A stretch of 64,000 nucleotides of DNA, taken from the IMG/VR virus record IMGVR_UViG_3300020576_006967, positions 124,934-188,933 of that record; one strand, given 5' to 3'. How positions within the stretch are numbered: the first letter of the stretch is position 1; the number at the start of each line of letters is the position of its first letter. The DNA is from a virus. Taxonomy: Duplodnaviria; Caudoviricetes. The position numbers and the translations under genes were made by a program. Shown here one piece after another: positions 33,744 through 48,313 of the stretch. The notes under the pieces are model-generated. The model saw nothing but the letters and a program-made list of their open reading frames with translations. It was not told the DNA's origin and searched no databases.

Positions 33744-34029
33744 GTAAAGCTAAATTGACATGTTTAATTAAAACTGCCAAAGAGCCAGAACCAAACACAA
33801 ATCCAAACGCATACCAGCCACCATTGTTGTTTGGGGCATAAACCGCAACATCATCCCAGAAAATCATAGCAACTAAATCCCACGCCATTATCATTCCATG
33901 CCAAAAACCACCACAGAAACCGTATACATGACAACTAACACACTCGCTCGGTAAAGTATTATCAGCGCAGCCAGTTAAAAGAAGTATCGCTAAAATGCCT
34001 AAAAAGGCTAAGTTAAATTGTTTTTTCAT
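33736..34029 (-). CDS. Membrane lipoprotein
   Basis: LLLTGC lipobox, GFWHG and GWYAFGF hydrophobic segments. Confidence 0.6.
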   Translation of the reverse strand: MKKQFNLAFLGILAILLLTGCADNTLPSECVSCHVYGFCGGFWHGMIMAWDLVAMIFWDDVAVYAPNNNGGWYAFGFVFGSGSLAVLIKHVNLALRG

Positions 34030-36789
34030 CTAATGTATGTTTATGGTTATATTTTTTTAATTCTAATCTGGTTCCATTTATTTTGTCTTTAATTAAAGAC
34101 ACACGACCAAGTTGAAATCTATCCACTATTTGGTTGTTTTCGTCGTATATTAAAACTATGTCTATTTTTGTTACATCTATTTTCATAACATTAATTCTAA
34201 TAGGTTGATATTTTAATTGTTGAGGAGCCTGGTCCAAGAGTATCATCCATAAAACCAGATAAAACAACTTCCTGATACCACCAAGCTGGATACCCGCCAT
34301 TAAATGCTTTTTTAATTGTGTCGCAGTTGGCGTTCCATTCACTTGAATTTTTGCTAGACTTTAATAAGTCCATTACTTCTTGTTTTTCCATTGTTAATTA
34401 TTTGATGTTTATAAATTTATTTACAAGTGCTTCGTCTGCCATGGTGAATAATCCATTTGCGCTTCCATCTTTACTCCAAACAGTACACTGTTCAGATGGA
34501 GAAAGACTATCATACCATTTTTTAAAAGCTACCATTTCACTTTTAAACAAGTTTTCTAAGTTTGTAGAAAGACTCTGGTGATCAACAGAATCCCCGCCAA
34601 CTTTTTCTCTTGGTATCTGTTTAACTTCTGAATTAATTTTGTCCCACAAAGGACTTCGTTTAATTTTGCTAGTCGTTTCCATTTGTATGTGTTTTTGTTG
34701 TTAATTCATTTTTGTAATTTTCCATTCTAATTTCTAGTTTCTCAATTTCTTCAGGAATTTTTTCAAGCATTATCAAAATATGTTCCACTCTGTTTTCTTC
34801 TTTTTTAAAACATTCGCCATCGCATTTCGAACCAGTTGGCGTTTTGGTGCAATAACCACAATAGTTTTTTGTTGATTCTTCTTTTGTCCAATCTATCATA
34901 AGTTTTCTATATTTAATTTTATAATATTGCTAATACTAGTATTTACGTCATATTCAATTTCCCAGGCGTTATTATAGCTGTCAACCTCAACAACAACATC
35001 ACAAGAATATATTCCAAAAACAGATGGAATATCACCAGGGTTTTGAATTATATTATCTCTAAGATCGTTGCCGTCAAAAACATCAAACTCTAAAAGATCT
35101 GGGTTGCTCTTTAATAAAACTGGCTCACCATGAGTGGTTACAGCAAATACACATTTGTGCGTGGTTCTTTTATCTAACATGTTCTTTTTCCTGTTTATAA
35201 ATTATTGTTTTTCCATCTCTTACAACAAAATGATTTGTAACCCTTACACCTGTTTCAAACAATTGACTGGCCGTGTAAACTACTTCATATTTTTCTGGAG
35301 TAATAGGTTGTTTGTAACCATATCTCTTGGTAAGCTTTTCAATTAATTCATCTGGAAACATTCTATTCATAAATGTATTTTTAATATCCGTAAAAAACCA
35401 TCACATTTCTCTTCCAATCAAACGTTTTATATATCCTCACCAATTCAAAAATGGCATATTCGTATTTCCAGCTGGTGCTAACTTCATTGCCTTTTTCTAA
35501 GTCATATGGAAGCATTCCTTCTCTCCATTCCCAACTAAAACTTCTAACGTGTTGTATTACTTTATACAGAGCGGTTTGCTCTTCGTTGGTTATTTTTGAA
35601 AAATCGAATGTATAAGAATCTTTACTTGAGCCATAATCTTTTTTTACACTTTCTATAAAGTTGCTTTCTTCATGTATTTTTTTATAGAATGGCTCCATCA
35701 TATCAGTATAATAAGCTTGGATTTTTTTAGTGTACGTCTCTATGATATAAGCTAAGAATTCTTTTTTTACAACTTTAAAATCGTAATCTTCATACTTGAT
35801 TTTTAATTCTTCTTTTTTAAAAAATGGTAGTGTAGTTTTTTTAGGCGGTTCAAAATAGGCCTCCCCAAGACCATAGATTTGTTTTGTGAAATCATAAGGG
35901 CCAATATGATAACCACCGTCTTCAAAATTTTGAATTTTTTTTGATTCATTATAAAAATCAAACAATTCTCTTGAAGTCATCGACTTAATTTTATTGTACT
36001 CTCTTTTTGGCATTGAGCCTATGTATACTCTATATCCCATTGTTATAACTCAAACATTCCATTAGGAGCTTCAAAATTCGGTTTCTCTTTTTTTTGTTCT
36101 GTGTATGGTATGTATCTTAACATTTTTCCACAATGGTCACAAATTTCAGCAGGATCAATGCATCCAACTCTCCAAGACCAGTTTCCATTGAATGTTTTTT
36201 CGTGTGGGCAAAACTTTCTAATTTCCTCAAGTCTTTGTTGAGAAGATTTTATTTTTTCATATAAAGACGTACACTCAATTTTGATTTCTTCACCTGTCAT
36301 AATACAAATTTTAAACAAATATACAAAACCTAGACGATATGTGCAAGTTAAAAAAACGTTTGGGTTTTTTACTAATTTTGTGTATATTTTATAAAAATTT
36401 GTATGGAAGAAACTATTATTGAAATATCAGCCTATAAAATTGGTAACATGTGTTTTGAAAACAAAAAAGAAGCTGAAAGATATAAATATGAAAGAATTGA
36501 CCCTGTAGTAATTGGCGATTGGGTATCATTAAGCGGTGGGTTTAGAAACGTGTATGGAGTTTTTGGTTTAGAAGGTATTGTTTTTGATATCATTGGAGAT
36601 GAAATCTGGTTTTATCGTGGTTTGCCAGACAAATACAAAAACTATTCAAAAGAGTTTATAAAAACAGGTGGAATATATATGGATGGCAAACTAATCGAAT
36701 GGGATGTTATGAGTAGACACAGAAATAAATTATTTAGAAAAAGATATTAATATTACAGTTATAAAAACAAATTAATAATACTAAAACAC

Positions 36790-36987
36790 ATGGCAAAGAA
36801 GAAGACAGAACCATTACCAGTACCAGAAAAAAGGGTTCAAATGAGTTTCACACTTAAAAAAGGTGTACACGATAGGTTTAATAAACATTGTGAAGAAAAC
36901 CTTATCAGCAAATCTTTGCTAATGGAGAAATTAATCGTAGATTTCTTTGATAAAATTGACTTCGGAGGAATGGAAAGGCGAGATTAA
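36790..36987 (+). CDS. Ribbon-helix-helix-like DNA-binding protein
   Basis: RVQMSFTL strand followed by two helices (KSLLMEKLI). Confidence 0.6.
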   Translation: MAKKKTEPLPVPEKRVQMSFTLKKGVHDRFNKHCEENLISKSLLMEKLIVDFFDKIDFGGMERRD

Positions 36988-39776
36988 ATAGAGTTTATCA
37001 AATTACCTCTATATTTAGTACATCGCCAACAATTTTTGCCAATTCTTTAATTTCCATAGAACAAATATAATAAAAAAACCTAGACTTTTAACAATTGTGA
37101 ATTGTTTTTATTGTTATATTTGCAATAACCAAAAAACACATAATGAGCGATCAAGAAATTAGTCAGTGCGATATTTGCGGAACAGAAGCTGCTGTCGAAA
37201 GGAAATATTATCACTACCCAATCACTTGTGATTGTTGCAACGGCGAAAAAGATAATCACTTTGAAATCGTTTATTTTTGTAGTAAGTGCACACCAAAACC
37301 ACCTAGGTTGGTTACTTGTGAAATTTCACCGTTAGATTAAAATATCATGTCAGAAGATAAAAAAAATGAAAAAATAATTTTTGTTTCACCTGGTTTTGAT
37401 ACACCTGAAATAGTTCATATTCCAATATTTGATATAATTGCAACCCGTAAATTAAAAAACGGCGATTTCTTCCTTTGGGTGAGCGGAATGACTGGAAGAA
37501 GAGAAATACATCAATTTCACTCTGATGCTGGCTATGGTGTTAAAACCTGGACTCAATTTAATGAAAAAGATGGCAGCTCCATGATTGTAAATTGGTCAGG
37601 TGTTTGCGGAAAAATAATTGCTAAACAAAACATGTAAAAATATGAAAGAAATAAATTTTAGAATTATCGAATTACCAGAACACCAAATATTGCTAACAAA
37701 AGATTTTGACGACGAAGAAGAATTAGAAGATGACGAAGAATCAAAACCTTTATTGGTTGTTACATTTTTTGTAGAAGACCTTAAAGTAAATCAAAAATTT
37801 GGTTTTTCTGATGATAACAAACGTGACAAGGCTTTTGAAAATTTTACAGATGCTCAGGCCCAATCGCTTATTGATAGCGCTATTCAAATGATGACTGACA
37901 CAGGTGAATAATTTATAACTATGAGAAGATTTGAATTAAATAAAAACACGCAAGTGGAACCGTGTCCTCAATGCGGTCAAAACGAAATATTTGAAGGTCA
38001 CTCTCAACAAGTTGCAGAAGACTGTTGTGAAGTGTGGGTTATTTGCAAGTGTGGGTATGACCCAACAGCCCACAACACTGATTATAGAATGGAAGATGTT
38101 TGGGGTGGCACAGATAACAACAACATGATGGCGGCGCTTTCTTGTTCTTGGAACGAACCTATTAATGAAATAAAACTTTTAAAAGAAAAATGGGTTAACA
38201 AAAGAGTGGCATGTGTTAAAGAAGATCCAATGGATGATCATTGTGGAATACCTGAAGAAAACAAGTGGCAGATTGGAGAAGAGTTTGTTGTTGATAGTTT
38301 GGAGATTGAGCCTTATGGCATTTTCTTGCACGATGGCAAAGGTCACAATTTAAATATAAGAAGAGCGATAATAATTTAATTATGGAAAAAGTTACAGCAA
38401 AAAGCTACACACTATACGATGATGGTGGAAGCTGGTTAGGCCAGATAGTATTAACAAGCGATGGCATGTTTGCCTCTGTCACAGATTATGGCAATCTTTC
38501 TTATTCATGGAGGTCTTATACTCAAAAGGATTTTCGTGAATTCTTGGTCGGATTAAATGTCGACTATTTTGGAGGCAAAATGTATACAGGAATGGCTTAT
38601 ACTCTTTACGGAAAAAAATGCGAAGACTCTTGTCATAGATACGCCGCCAAGATATTACCAGCGCTCCAGAAAGCCTTAAAAGAAGAATTGGAGCTTGAGT
38701 CTCAACTTGCTGAAGGAACATTTCCACTAGACTAAACACATGGATTTTCAATACATAAAAGACCGTTACAATGTTCCTGCTGAAATGCATAGAGAAGTCA
38801 TTGTAGATGGTAAAAAAGGCGTTATAACCAAAGATATGGGAAACTATATCGGCGTGAATTTCTACGAAAATTTAACACCAGATCCATTGCCTTGTCACCC
38901 AACTTGGGAAGTTAAATATCTAGACACGTTTAACCATAAACCGCCAGTTAAAAAACTAACAAGGTCCCAAAGGAGATATCTTGATTTTTTGCACGATGAC
39001 TCAGGCCTTTCTTTTAAAGAGTGGTTGGGAATAAAGTAAACAAATGGATACTTGCAACATATTATTCTTGGATGAGATGTCTGTAGAAGACACCACAGGT
39101 TGCTTAAAGCCATATGCTCACAACGATTTTCATTTGTTTAAAAATCAGCATGGAGAACTGATTGCTTGGGATTATGACTGGGAATGTAAATGTGGTTGTT
39201 GGGATTCTGATGAATGGAGTGACGCTTGTAGGTTGTATTGGAAAATAGAAAAAACTTGAAACCTTTTTAGTCTTTAGTCGTATAAGTAATTATGAATTTA
39301 AATAAGGCAAACGATATTAAGAATTGGAGAGCGCAAGAAAAAGAAAGATTGCGTAGCGAAAAAAAACACCAATCAAATTTGAAGCGTGAGTTAAAAATTT
39401 TAAAATTCATGCTTAAGAGTGATGTTTTGTATTATCATCACAACAGACAAGATTCTATGAAAAAAGCAGTCTTGTTTGCAATTGATACACTTAAACAAAA
39501 AAACCAATACGAAGAATACAATTTATATATCTGGAATTATTTAGGACAAGGTAATGACTATGCACCATTTTCCTGGTTAGGTTGTCGATTCTTTAGTTCA
39601 GATTTTAAATCAATTTACGAAGTCCCTCTTGATGGCACGTATAAGTTTCACATATACGACTCAGGAGAAAGGGGTTTGGGTTCATTTAACATATTAACCA
39701 CAACAAAGGTGGAAGATGTTCCAAAGATACCAAAAGTAAAGCCAGGAGCATTTCCGCCTGTTTACGCTAGCACTTA

Positions 39777-40157
39777 ATGATCAAGAAAAAAACCATATAT
39801 CGCTCAGACAATATTCCATACCTTGTAAGGTACTCGATTTTTAATTGTCGCTGGTTTGCAATTAAAATACACAACATATTGAGTAGCGATGATGATTGTT
39901 TACATGATCATCCTTGGCGCTTTGTCACCTTTCTTATGAAGGGAAGTTATATCGAACACACTCCAGATGGCAAAAGTAAAAAGTACGGCAGGTTTAGTTT
40001 GCTTTATAGAAACCTAAATTATATTCACCGCCTTGAGATTGTAGAGCCAGTTTGGACTTTTGTTGTTACATTTAAAAAGAAAAAGAAATGGGGCTTCTTC
40101 ACAAAGAACGGTTGGGTAGAATGGTTTAAACATTCTTATAATGACGGTTGTAATTAA
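39777..40157 (+). CDS. Cupin-like protein
   Basis: LHDHPW..GSYIE..HRL motifs. Confidence 0.65.
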   Translation: MIKKKTIYRSDNIPYLVRYSIFNCRWFAIKIHNILSSDDDCLHDHPWRFVTFLMKGSYIEHTPDGKSKKYGRFSLLYRNLNYIHRLEIVEPVWTFVVTFKKKKKWGFFTKNGWVEWFKHSYNDGCN

Positions 40158-43100
40158 TTGCAACTTTATTAATTTTAATACGTATAATTTAAAAACACAA
40201 CTATGGAAGTTTGCTATCTCGTCGCCCTAAAAATTCAAGGAAAAAATTATATCCAACTTACAAAAAAAGGCGAAGGCTTTGCTCTATCTGCTTTCGAAAC
40301 AAAAAAAGAAATTATAGAAAATTTTTCCTCGTTCAGAGATAAAACAAAAAGTTCCTCTTATGAAACGCACATCTCAGGCTCAATTGGGATTATAAACCTT
40401 AGTCCGCACGCAATTGAAGTACCAAAAGATAACCCAGAAATTCTACAAAAATACATTGTGCACAACAAACCACTAAACCTTAAAGGCTCTGTGTTTGGAG
40501 CATTCCTTGATTTTGTTGGTCTTGAAGTCACAAATGATATTTTTGAATTATCTGTATGTGATGTGGCCAAAGAATTTATTAACGAATTGTATAGCTAAAA
40601 ATGCAATGGATAGTCGACTCAATTAGAAACCAGCGCCAACGTGAAAGAGATAGAGCCAGGCAAGAATGGATGGATGATTATAAACGTGGCACGTGGTTAA
40701 AAGATCAAAGAGATATGACAAGAGCAATAATTGTTCTTGAACTTGATATCAATAAAAAAAAGCAAAATGTCACATAAACCACATATAAGCACAATATTAA
40801 AGAAAGGCGCAAAGCTAAAAGCTAAGAAGATAACTTCAAAAAAAGCTCTGGCCTTAATTGAAAAAACAATTGAGGTTCAAAAGAACTTGCCTAAATCAAT
40901 TAGATTTCCACATCATTAAACACACATAAACATGGCACACTATATCCCAGATAACAAATACATAAAAGGCAAAGAACTCGTAGAAAATCTTCCTGGCGAA
41001 GAAGGTGAATTAATTAGGTATTACATCAGTGAAAAAGATAAACACACTCAATCGCTCAATAAAATAATTGATGAAATGCAGCAGGTTTTTAAAGGAATAT
41101 CTAGGTTTGCAAGATAAAAATAAAAAACCTATATTTACAAAACTATGAAACATCTGCTTTATATTTTAATTTTCGCATCGTCAATTGGTTTTTCTCAAAC
41201 TGTTGAATATCCGATAACTTGTCACAAAAAAACACTTGGCGAAAATCACGCTTCTTATATTTTTATAATTTCAGTTAAAAAAATATATTTCTATAATTTT
41301 ACAGATCACATGGTTAGTGATAACCAGTTTAAAGATATGTTTTGGAAAAAATCATCAACAATGCCAATTGATACAAGTGGTTTTGAAATGATTTGTAATA
41401 CAAAAATAAGAGAAGATCAAATTAGTGAAAGACTTAAAACGGAAATCAAAAAATTGCAATGAAATCATCAACAACTTGTAAAAGTGATTCTGAAGACATA
41501 AGAATCTATATTGATGATATACTTCATTTGAGAATTCCAAGAGATAAAAACATAAAGATACAAAGCTGGGTTGAAGGTCATACAAAAACTTTTGTCATAG
41601 AAATTTGGGCGAAAGGACATTCTGACTGGGTGTCATACGACAATAAAGCACTGTGGAAATCTATATTAAAATTAATAGATGAAAATATTTAAATCCAAAA
41701 ATACTATGACAATGACCAAAGATGAAATGTTGACCGCTCTTAATGAGGGTAAAAAAGTAACCCATAGATATTTTACGGATGAAGAGTGGATGATGTTAAT
41801 TGATCCCATTGACAACATTTATCTTTTCGAAGATGGCGTTAAAATACCTGCTCACGAGTTTTGGGCAAACAGAAGAGATATGGATTGGATGGAAGATTGG
41901 GAAATTTTTAAATAAAATGGCATTGTTAATATTAATACTCACAGCAATTTTCGTATTTGTTTTTTTACTATACGCTTTTTTTCTATTGAATAGGATTAAA
42001 AAAAATATAGAGCGAAGGATAGAAAAAAATAAAGACGATTATAACGCCCAAGTAAAAAAGATGTCGCTATCACATAACGATAGTATGGGTAAATATTTTA
42101 AAAAAAATGTGGAAGAAAAATTTTGCAGATGCCGATATGGTTCAATTATGACCTCTAGACATCCATGTAAAAATGGTTGTAAACACCCAGATTAACATAA
42201 AATACGAAATATTTATATGTAAAAACAATTACATATGGATACAAGGATAAAAATGAAAGAACTTGGAAGGTTCTTTAGAAACCTTAGGGCAGATTATAAA
42301 TCTGGAAAAGGACCAAGCAAAAAAGATAAAAGAAAAGGTTATCTTCGTTTAACAAAACTTTCTTTTATGGGCGTATGGAACGCAATAAGTGCGCCATTCA
42401 TTTACCCAATCTGGTATCTGTTCAGAAAACAAATTACAAACAAAATTTACAGCGGCACCTCCTGGCAAGAAATCAATAAACTCATTGACGAAAACAAAAC
42501 AGCTCAGGTTAAAACCACTTTAAAGAATAACGCTGGTAATTTCATTTATTGGTTATGGACCTATGGTGACCTTAGAGATCCATTAGGCGAAGGTGAAATC
42601 ATAAACTATGGAGTAAAAAACAATTTTTGGAATAGGTTTAAAGAAAATGCCATTAGAAACGTGCGTTTTACAACCAATTTCATGGAGTTTAGGACTGGCA
42701 ACATCAAAGAGGTGTTCGTAGTCAAAGATGAAAGAAACCGCTCTTATATGCACAAATCTGAAGGAATTGGCGATAGTCCTGATGGAGTTTACTTTAAGTG
42801 GATGCTAGACGAAAATGGTAAGTGGGGTTTTATTTACGAAGACAATAATGTTGAAAACATTTTTTACTTTGGAAACGTTGGTTTGTTGTATAAAGACATC
42901 GGTTATAACGGAAGATTTGAAACTGCTTATAGAAAAACTGATAGTAGTTACCACAAATAGTTCTAGCTTTGACTTGCAAGTTAATTAAAAAATGGCTATT
43001 TTTGTTAGCCACATGAATACCAAAAAAACATACACAACCAAACAAGTGCTAGCCAGGCTAAAAAAAATGGCTAATAAGAAGCACCCAGTAATTAATAAAC

Positions 43101-43352
43101 ACCTAGAAAAACACCTTAAAGCCATCGTTCAATCAGAGGTCAAAAAAGAGGCCAGAGTTGAAGCGATGAAAATATTGAAGAAATCCGCAAGAGAAGAGGT
43201 GGCCGAATTTTTATTTGCTTATTACTCCGATAAGTCTTCTGTTGGTTTATGTTGTATAGCACTTGATTTTATGAAAGACAGACTTGCTAAAGAAGGAAAG
43301 GTTGGTAAAAAATTCGGCACCAATTTCGGAACAACACACTTATTATAAAAAA

Positions 43353-43640
43353 ATGGCACATACACTTCCAACAGATTACACAAAATTAAAACCAAAAGAA
43401 AGAAGAGAGGTTAGAGAACAATACATTGTCGAGCAAAACAATCTTTGCTTTTATTGCAAAGAAGATCTAAGTCAGCCCCCTCCAGCAAGAATAACCTCAA
43501 AACCAATCAATCTTACTTCATTTCCCCCAAACTTCTTACAGGCACCAATACATCTGCAGCACGATCATAACACAAATATGACAGAAGGCGCTGTACATGC
43601 TTATTGTAACGCTGTGATGTGGCAATATGAGTGGAGGTAA
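43353..43640 (+). CDS. Endonuclease VII-like His-Me nuclease
   Basis: CFYC..HLQHDHNT..GAVHAYCN. Confidence 0.65.
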   Translation: MAHTLPTDYTKLKPKERREVREQYIVEQNNLCFYCKEDLSQPPPARITSKPINLTSFPPNFLQAPIHLQHDHNTNMTEGAVHAYCNAVMWQYEWR

Positions 43641-45373
43641 AATTTCAATGTAACCTTTTTTATTTTATAACGTATAAAGTATTATGAAAAATATAATATT
43701 AGGTTTATTAATTGGCGTGTCTATCATGCTTTCTGTTAATGCAATCACCACGTCATCCACAATCACAACAAAACCAGCCCAGCCAAGAGCGTGGGTTATA
43801 GATGTGGGTAGCGCCGAAGTAATTCAAAACACAATTTTAAAGTTTTCAAAGCAAGGATATATTGTCCACTCACTAGAAACAAGTGGGTATAACTCTTACA
43901 GACACTCAATGGTTGTAATGTATAAATATTATTAAACTTAAAAAATAATCATGCACAGATTCAATAAAAACGAACCAATAAGACACTCTGTGTTTAGAAG
44001 CAGAGATCTTACTTGCATGGCAGTAACTATGCATAAAGAGGCAACTCCAATGGGTTATGTTAACTCTTTAGAAGAATTTGATGGGTATGTAAAATTAGAA
44101 TATCCAAACGCAACAAAAGTAATTTCTAATTCTCATAGGGGCACAGGATATTATTATTATACAGATGGAGATTATAACATCTTTTACCACACATTTTACA
44201 AACTAAACACTATATGACATCAAACGTATGGAATCAAAAAAAGAAATTGGCTGGGGTGTTGATGTGACCAAAAAAAGTCACCACCACTATTATAAAGACG
44301 GCATATCTTTGTGTAAAAGAAAAGTGAAACCGTTTCACGTTGACAACCTTAAACCAGATGTTGATTATACATTTGTACTTGGTTATCAGTGTTCATTTTG
44401 CTTAAAGGCGTTAAAAAAAATAAGCAATGAATAGCACTGAAATAGGATCTGAGTTATATCCGCCATGGAACAACGAAGCGTGTCACACATGCAAAAAAAA
44501 TCATGCCAATGGGTCTGTTTATAAATCAAATCAATGCCCAAACTTATATCACGACAAATGTATTGTTGAACTGTTTAATATTGCCATTAACGAAAGACGC
44601 AGATTCAACTATTTCAACTCTATGGCCCTAGATACCATAAGAGAAAAATTTCCCCAGTTTACATATAGAATAACCATTGGAACTGTTGAGGTTTATATTG
44701 CAGAATTCGATAAATATTTCTACTTTTATAAAAACTATACAGACCAAATTTATATACAAGCACACTAAGCCATGAAAACATTCCTACAAATCATAAAACA
44801 GCAAATTTTAAACCAAGACGAAGAAGAAGATGTGGTTGATATGCATAGCATAAATGCAAGACACTGGCCGCAAGAAGAGGAAGAAGAATTGGATCTAGAA
44901 AACTGGGACATTTACGAGCTCAACGAAACAAGAATGGTTATGACTGCAGGTGGAGATTGGCAGGAAGGTGGCTTGTTAACCATTCAACTTGTTGATGGAG
45001 AATTGGTAGTAACAAACTTTACAAAAATTATTCCTTCAGACAATCCCCTTTCTTCTGAAGAGGTATTGGAAATACTAATGAATGTACCAGATGCGCCAAA
45101 AGAAAAACCAATACAATATTTCTACATCCAGAATAGAGACGCTGGTTTCTTAGGAAACTCACCATACTGGTGGGCTTTAAATAGCAATGGCTACACATCA
45201 CATCTAGAAAAAGCTGAGAAGTATACCGAAGAACAAGCTAAGAAGATTTGTCTTGGTAACCCAGAGAAAAATAAGGCCTGGCCAGTTGACTATATCAACA
45301 ACAATGAAGGTGTACACAAAACAATTGATAGTCAGTATATGGATTATGAAAAAGTAATAAAATTTGAAGAGGA

Positions 45374-46934
45374 TTAAACCAATTCGTTTATTTCTACCGA
45401 TATGCTTTGCCACGCACCGCCAAGCAAAGTAAGTGTAAGGTGGATTGAATCTCCTATAAAAAATCTATTTATATAATACCCTGTTAGCTGATCACTTTGT
45501 AGCATTACAACTTGACCGTGTTCGTAAAACTTGTTATCCTTTAACCTGATAACACCACCTTTAAAAAACTTAAATTGTGCCTTATCCTTAATCCAATCTT
45601 CTGCTTTCAATACTTCCATTACACACGATTTTTTATTATGTCATTAGCTTGCCACTGCATGCCATTCTCCATCATAAAATGAATGCCGTCATTACAAAAA
45701 TAATAAATTATAAGTTTATAACCAGAAGAGTGAGTAACTAGATCTTTAACACAAAACCAAGCGCCATCTTTTATTCTTTGCGCAAATTCTCTCTCACTAT
45801 CAAGAATACCAACTTTAACCATTTTAAACTGTTTGTTTTTATGCTGGCTTAGCCACTCATTTACCATTAATATTTCCATATATCATTTATTTCTGGTGCT
45901 ATATTATTAATTATTGTTCCAGTTATACTTTTGTTGTTAATATACACACGACGACAATCTTCGTGGAAGCCAAGAAGTTGTACATATCTGTTTTCACCAC
46001 CGTCTTTAACAAAGTAATAATCATTCATCCAAAAATATTCATAATCTTTAAGACGCACAACCGAAAATCTGTCGCAATATTCAAACTGTTTGTTTGATAA
46101 TTCTGACAGCCACTCATCCACATTTTTAACTTCCATTTTTAAGCCTTATATATTGTTGAAGCATATGGTCTTGACACCAACTCATTTATCTCTACCATGA
46201 AGTAAAACGAATTGGCATCTTTTGATATGTTTATAAAAACACATTTACGATCTTCGTGAAACTTTATTAAAACACCATTCAATCTCACGCCTTTTCTAAT
46301 TATATAAACACAACTTCCTTTTCCAAAAAGTTCTTTATCTTTAAACCTTTTAGCAACAAATTCACGATTTCTCAAAACAATTTTATATTGCTTGTTGCTA
46401 TCATTTAACCACTCATCTATATTTTTTACTTCCACGATTTTTCTATATCATTAATATTTACAACAATTATTTCAAGATTATTATTTAGAAGTGTAACCTC
46501 ATATAAGTTATGCGAAAAAAGCCAAATTGACATATTAGAACCATAGCATTTAATATGTTCATTTAAATCAAAAACAACCCCATCTTTTAAACGCTGCGCC
46601 CTATAAATGCTCAACCTGTTGTTCAATGCAATTATTTTAAACTGAAATGCATTATTTGTTTTTAACCACTCATCTATATTTTTTACTTCACTCATAATAA
46701 ATCATTTATTTCAACCAACCTTTGAATACCTCCAAGATACACATGAATAAAATCTTCACAAAAAGATTGAATAATATACCAACTACCACTATAACAAGCC
46801 GCCCCATTTATGTGAAAAATACGATAATCAACAAGTCGAACAGCTATTGGCTGTCTATACATATCAAGCTTTACTCTATATTGAGCGCCACCTTGATTGT
46901 TAAGCCAATCTTCTACATGCAATACATCGCTCAT
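45374..46934 (-). repeat. Tandem cluster of six MEVL-tag paralogs (45374-45619, 45619-45879, 45867-46136, 46139-46435, 46426-46695, 46692-46934)
   Basis: MEV(L/K)x(I/V)(D/E)(E/D)WL..Q(F/Y)..R(L/I/F)xD..IN(D/E)(I/L)-type pattern. Genes abut or overlap. Confidence 0.8.
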
Positions 46935-46945
46935 AAATTAAAACC

Positions 46946-47197
46946 TTAGTCTATGCGTATAGTATGGCCCTTTAAAAAACCACCACACACAGTTCCTGTA
47001 ACCTCTTTTCCAACAATTGTTTTTGCTTTGAAACCAGTGGCATAAGCATCATCTTTAGAACAAGTAAAACACTTATAACCTGTAAAACTTATTTCAGTAT
47101 ATCCCTCTGCTTCTAAAATTCTACGAGCTTCCGTGTTGTCTGTTAAACACCCTGTAAGAAAAATTACAGTTGCGATAATAAAAATTGTTTTTTTCAT
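46946..47197 (-). CDS. Small lipoprotein
   Basis: FLTGC lipobox. Confidence 0.6.
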   Translation of the reverse strand: MKKTIFIIATVIFLTGCLTDNTEARRILEAEGYTEISFTGYKCFTCSKDDAYATGFKAKTIVGKEVTGTVCGGFLKGHTIRID

Positions 47198-47513
47198 ATT
47201 TGTTTTGTTTTTTTAGTTTCTAAAATAATCCCACGCTTTAACTGCGTCCAACATGCCAACCTGGTTTATAGAACCATCAGCATCATAATACTCCATAATT
47301 TTATTTGCCAGATCATCACCAAGCAACTTCATCTTTTCAACCTCAGCTCCATTATGTGAAAGACCATCCATATAACCTTTGTAATAAGAAACAAAATCTG
47401 CTTCGACAAAAGTCAAATAGTTCTCTTTGGTTTCATCATCCCAATCTTTGGTTTGATTTTTAATATATTCTTCTTTTAATTCTTCTTTTGTTGTCATAAA
47501 TTATTTATGTTAA

Positions 47514-47810
47514 TTAGTTCATTAAATTATTTATGTTAATTAGTTCATTTGCTTTAACTTTGGTCAAATGTGCAAAACGTTCATCAATCAATTCATTCTC
47601 CTCTTTTACGGCCACATGTATTTTGTCTGCAAAAAAATGAACAATGCTATGTAATTTAACACCTGCGTCGCTCTCAATACAAACATATTCTGTCTGTCTA
47701 AAATAAAAACCATCTTTCAACCTTTTAATCAGTGTTCGATCTAAAAACTTAAATTGAGCGCCGCTATTTTGAACATTCAACCACTCATCAATATTTAATA
47801 CTTCTTCCAT
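47514..47810 (-). CDS. MEVL-tag paralog
   Basis: MEEVLNIDEWL..QFKF..RLKDG. Confidence 0.7.
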   Translation of the reverse strand: MEEVLNIDEWLNVQNSGAQFKFLDRTLIKRLKDGFYFRQTEYVCIESDAGVKLHSIVHFFADKIHVAVKEENELIDERFAHLTKVKANELININNLMN

Positions 47811-48052
47811 TTTTTATAAATAAGGTATTGTTGTACCATCCAATATATTATCGCACATTATGTGCGCATTCTCTAGTTCGTAACCAACTTCATGGCTTTT
47901 TCTAATATAACGATGAACCTGTCCGCTTGTAGGTTCCTTAAGCATGATTCTATCAAATTGAGTCACGCCATTATCCATGTAATTCACAATTATTGACACA
48001 GAAACAAATAAACCCCTGTGTTCTTTAATGTCTTTAAATTCTTTTCTTTCTG

Positions 48053-48313
48053 TCATCTGTATAAATAATTAATTTCTACTTGATAATATGTGCCAAAACT
48101 AACTATATCAACGTGACGTTTGTTGTCGCAAAAAGTTATAATATAGCCTAAAAAGTTAGAAGAAAAGTTTGGTGACCCTTTTATTAAAACAGTATTACCA
48201 ACCAAAAAATTTGCACCATCACAAAGCCTTCTTACCAAATGTTTGCCTCCAATAAATTCAAATTGTTCAGATGTGTCGCCCACTAACCACTCATCTATGT
48301 TTTTTACTTCCAT
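48053..48313 (-). CDS. MEVL-tag paralog
   Basis: MEVKNIDEWL..QFEF..RLCDG. Confidence 0.7.
   Translation of the reverse strand: MEVKNIDEWLVGDTSEQFEFIGGKHLVRRLCDGANFLVGNTVLIKGSPNFSSNFLGYIITFCDNKRHVDIVSFGTYYQVEINYLYR

Noticed and set aside
47498-47549. 26-bp tandem duplication AAATTATTTATGTTAATTAGTTCATT
   Set aside because: A simple local slippage duplication at a gene end with no further structure.
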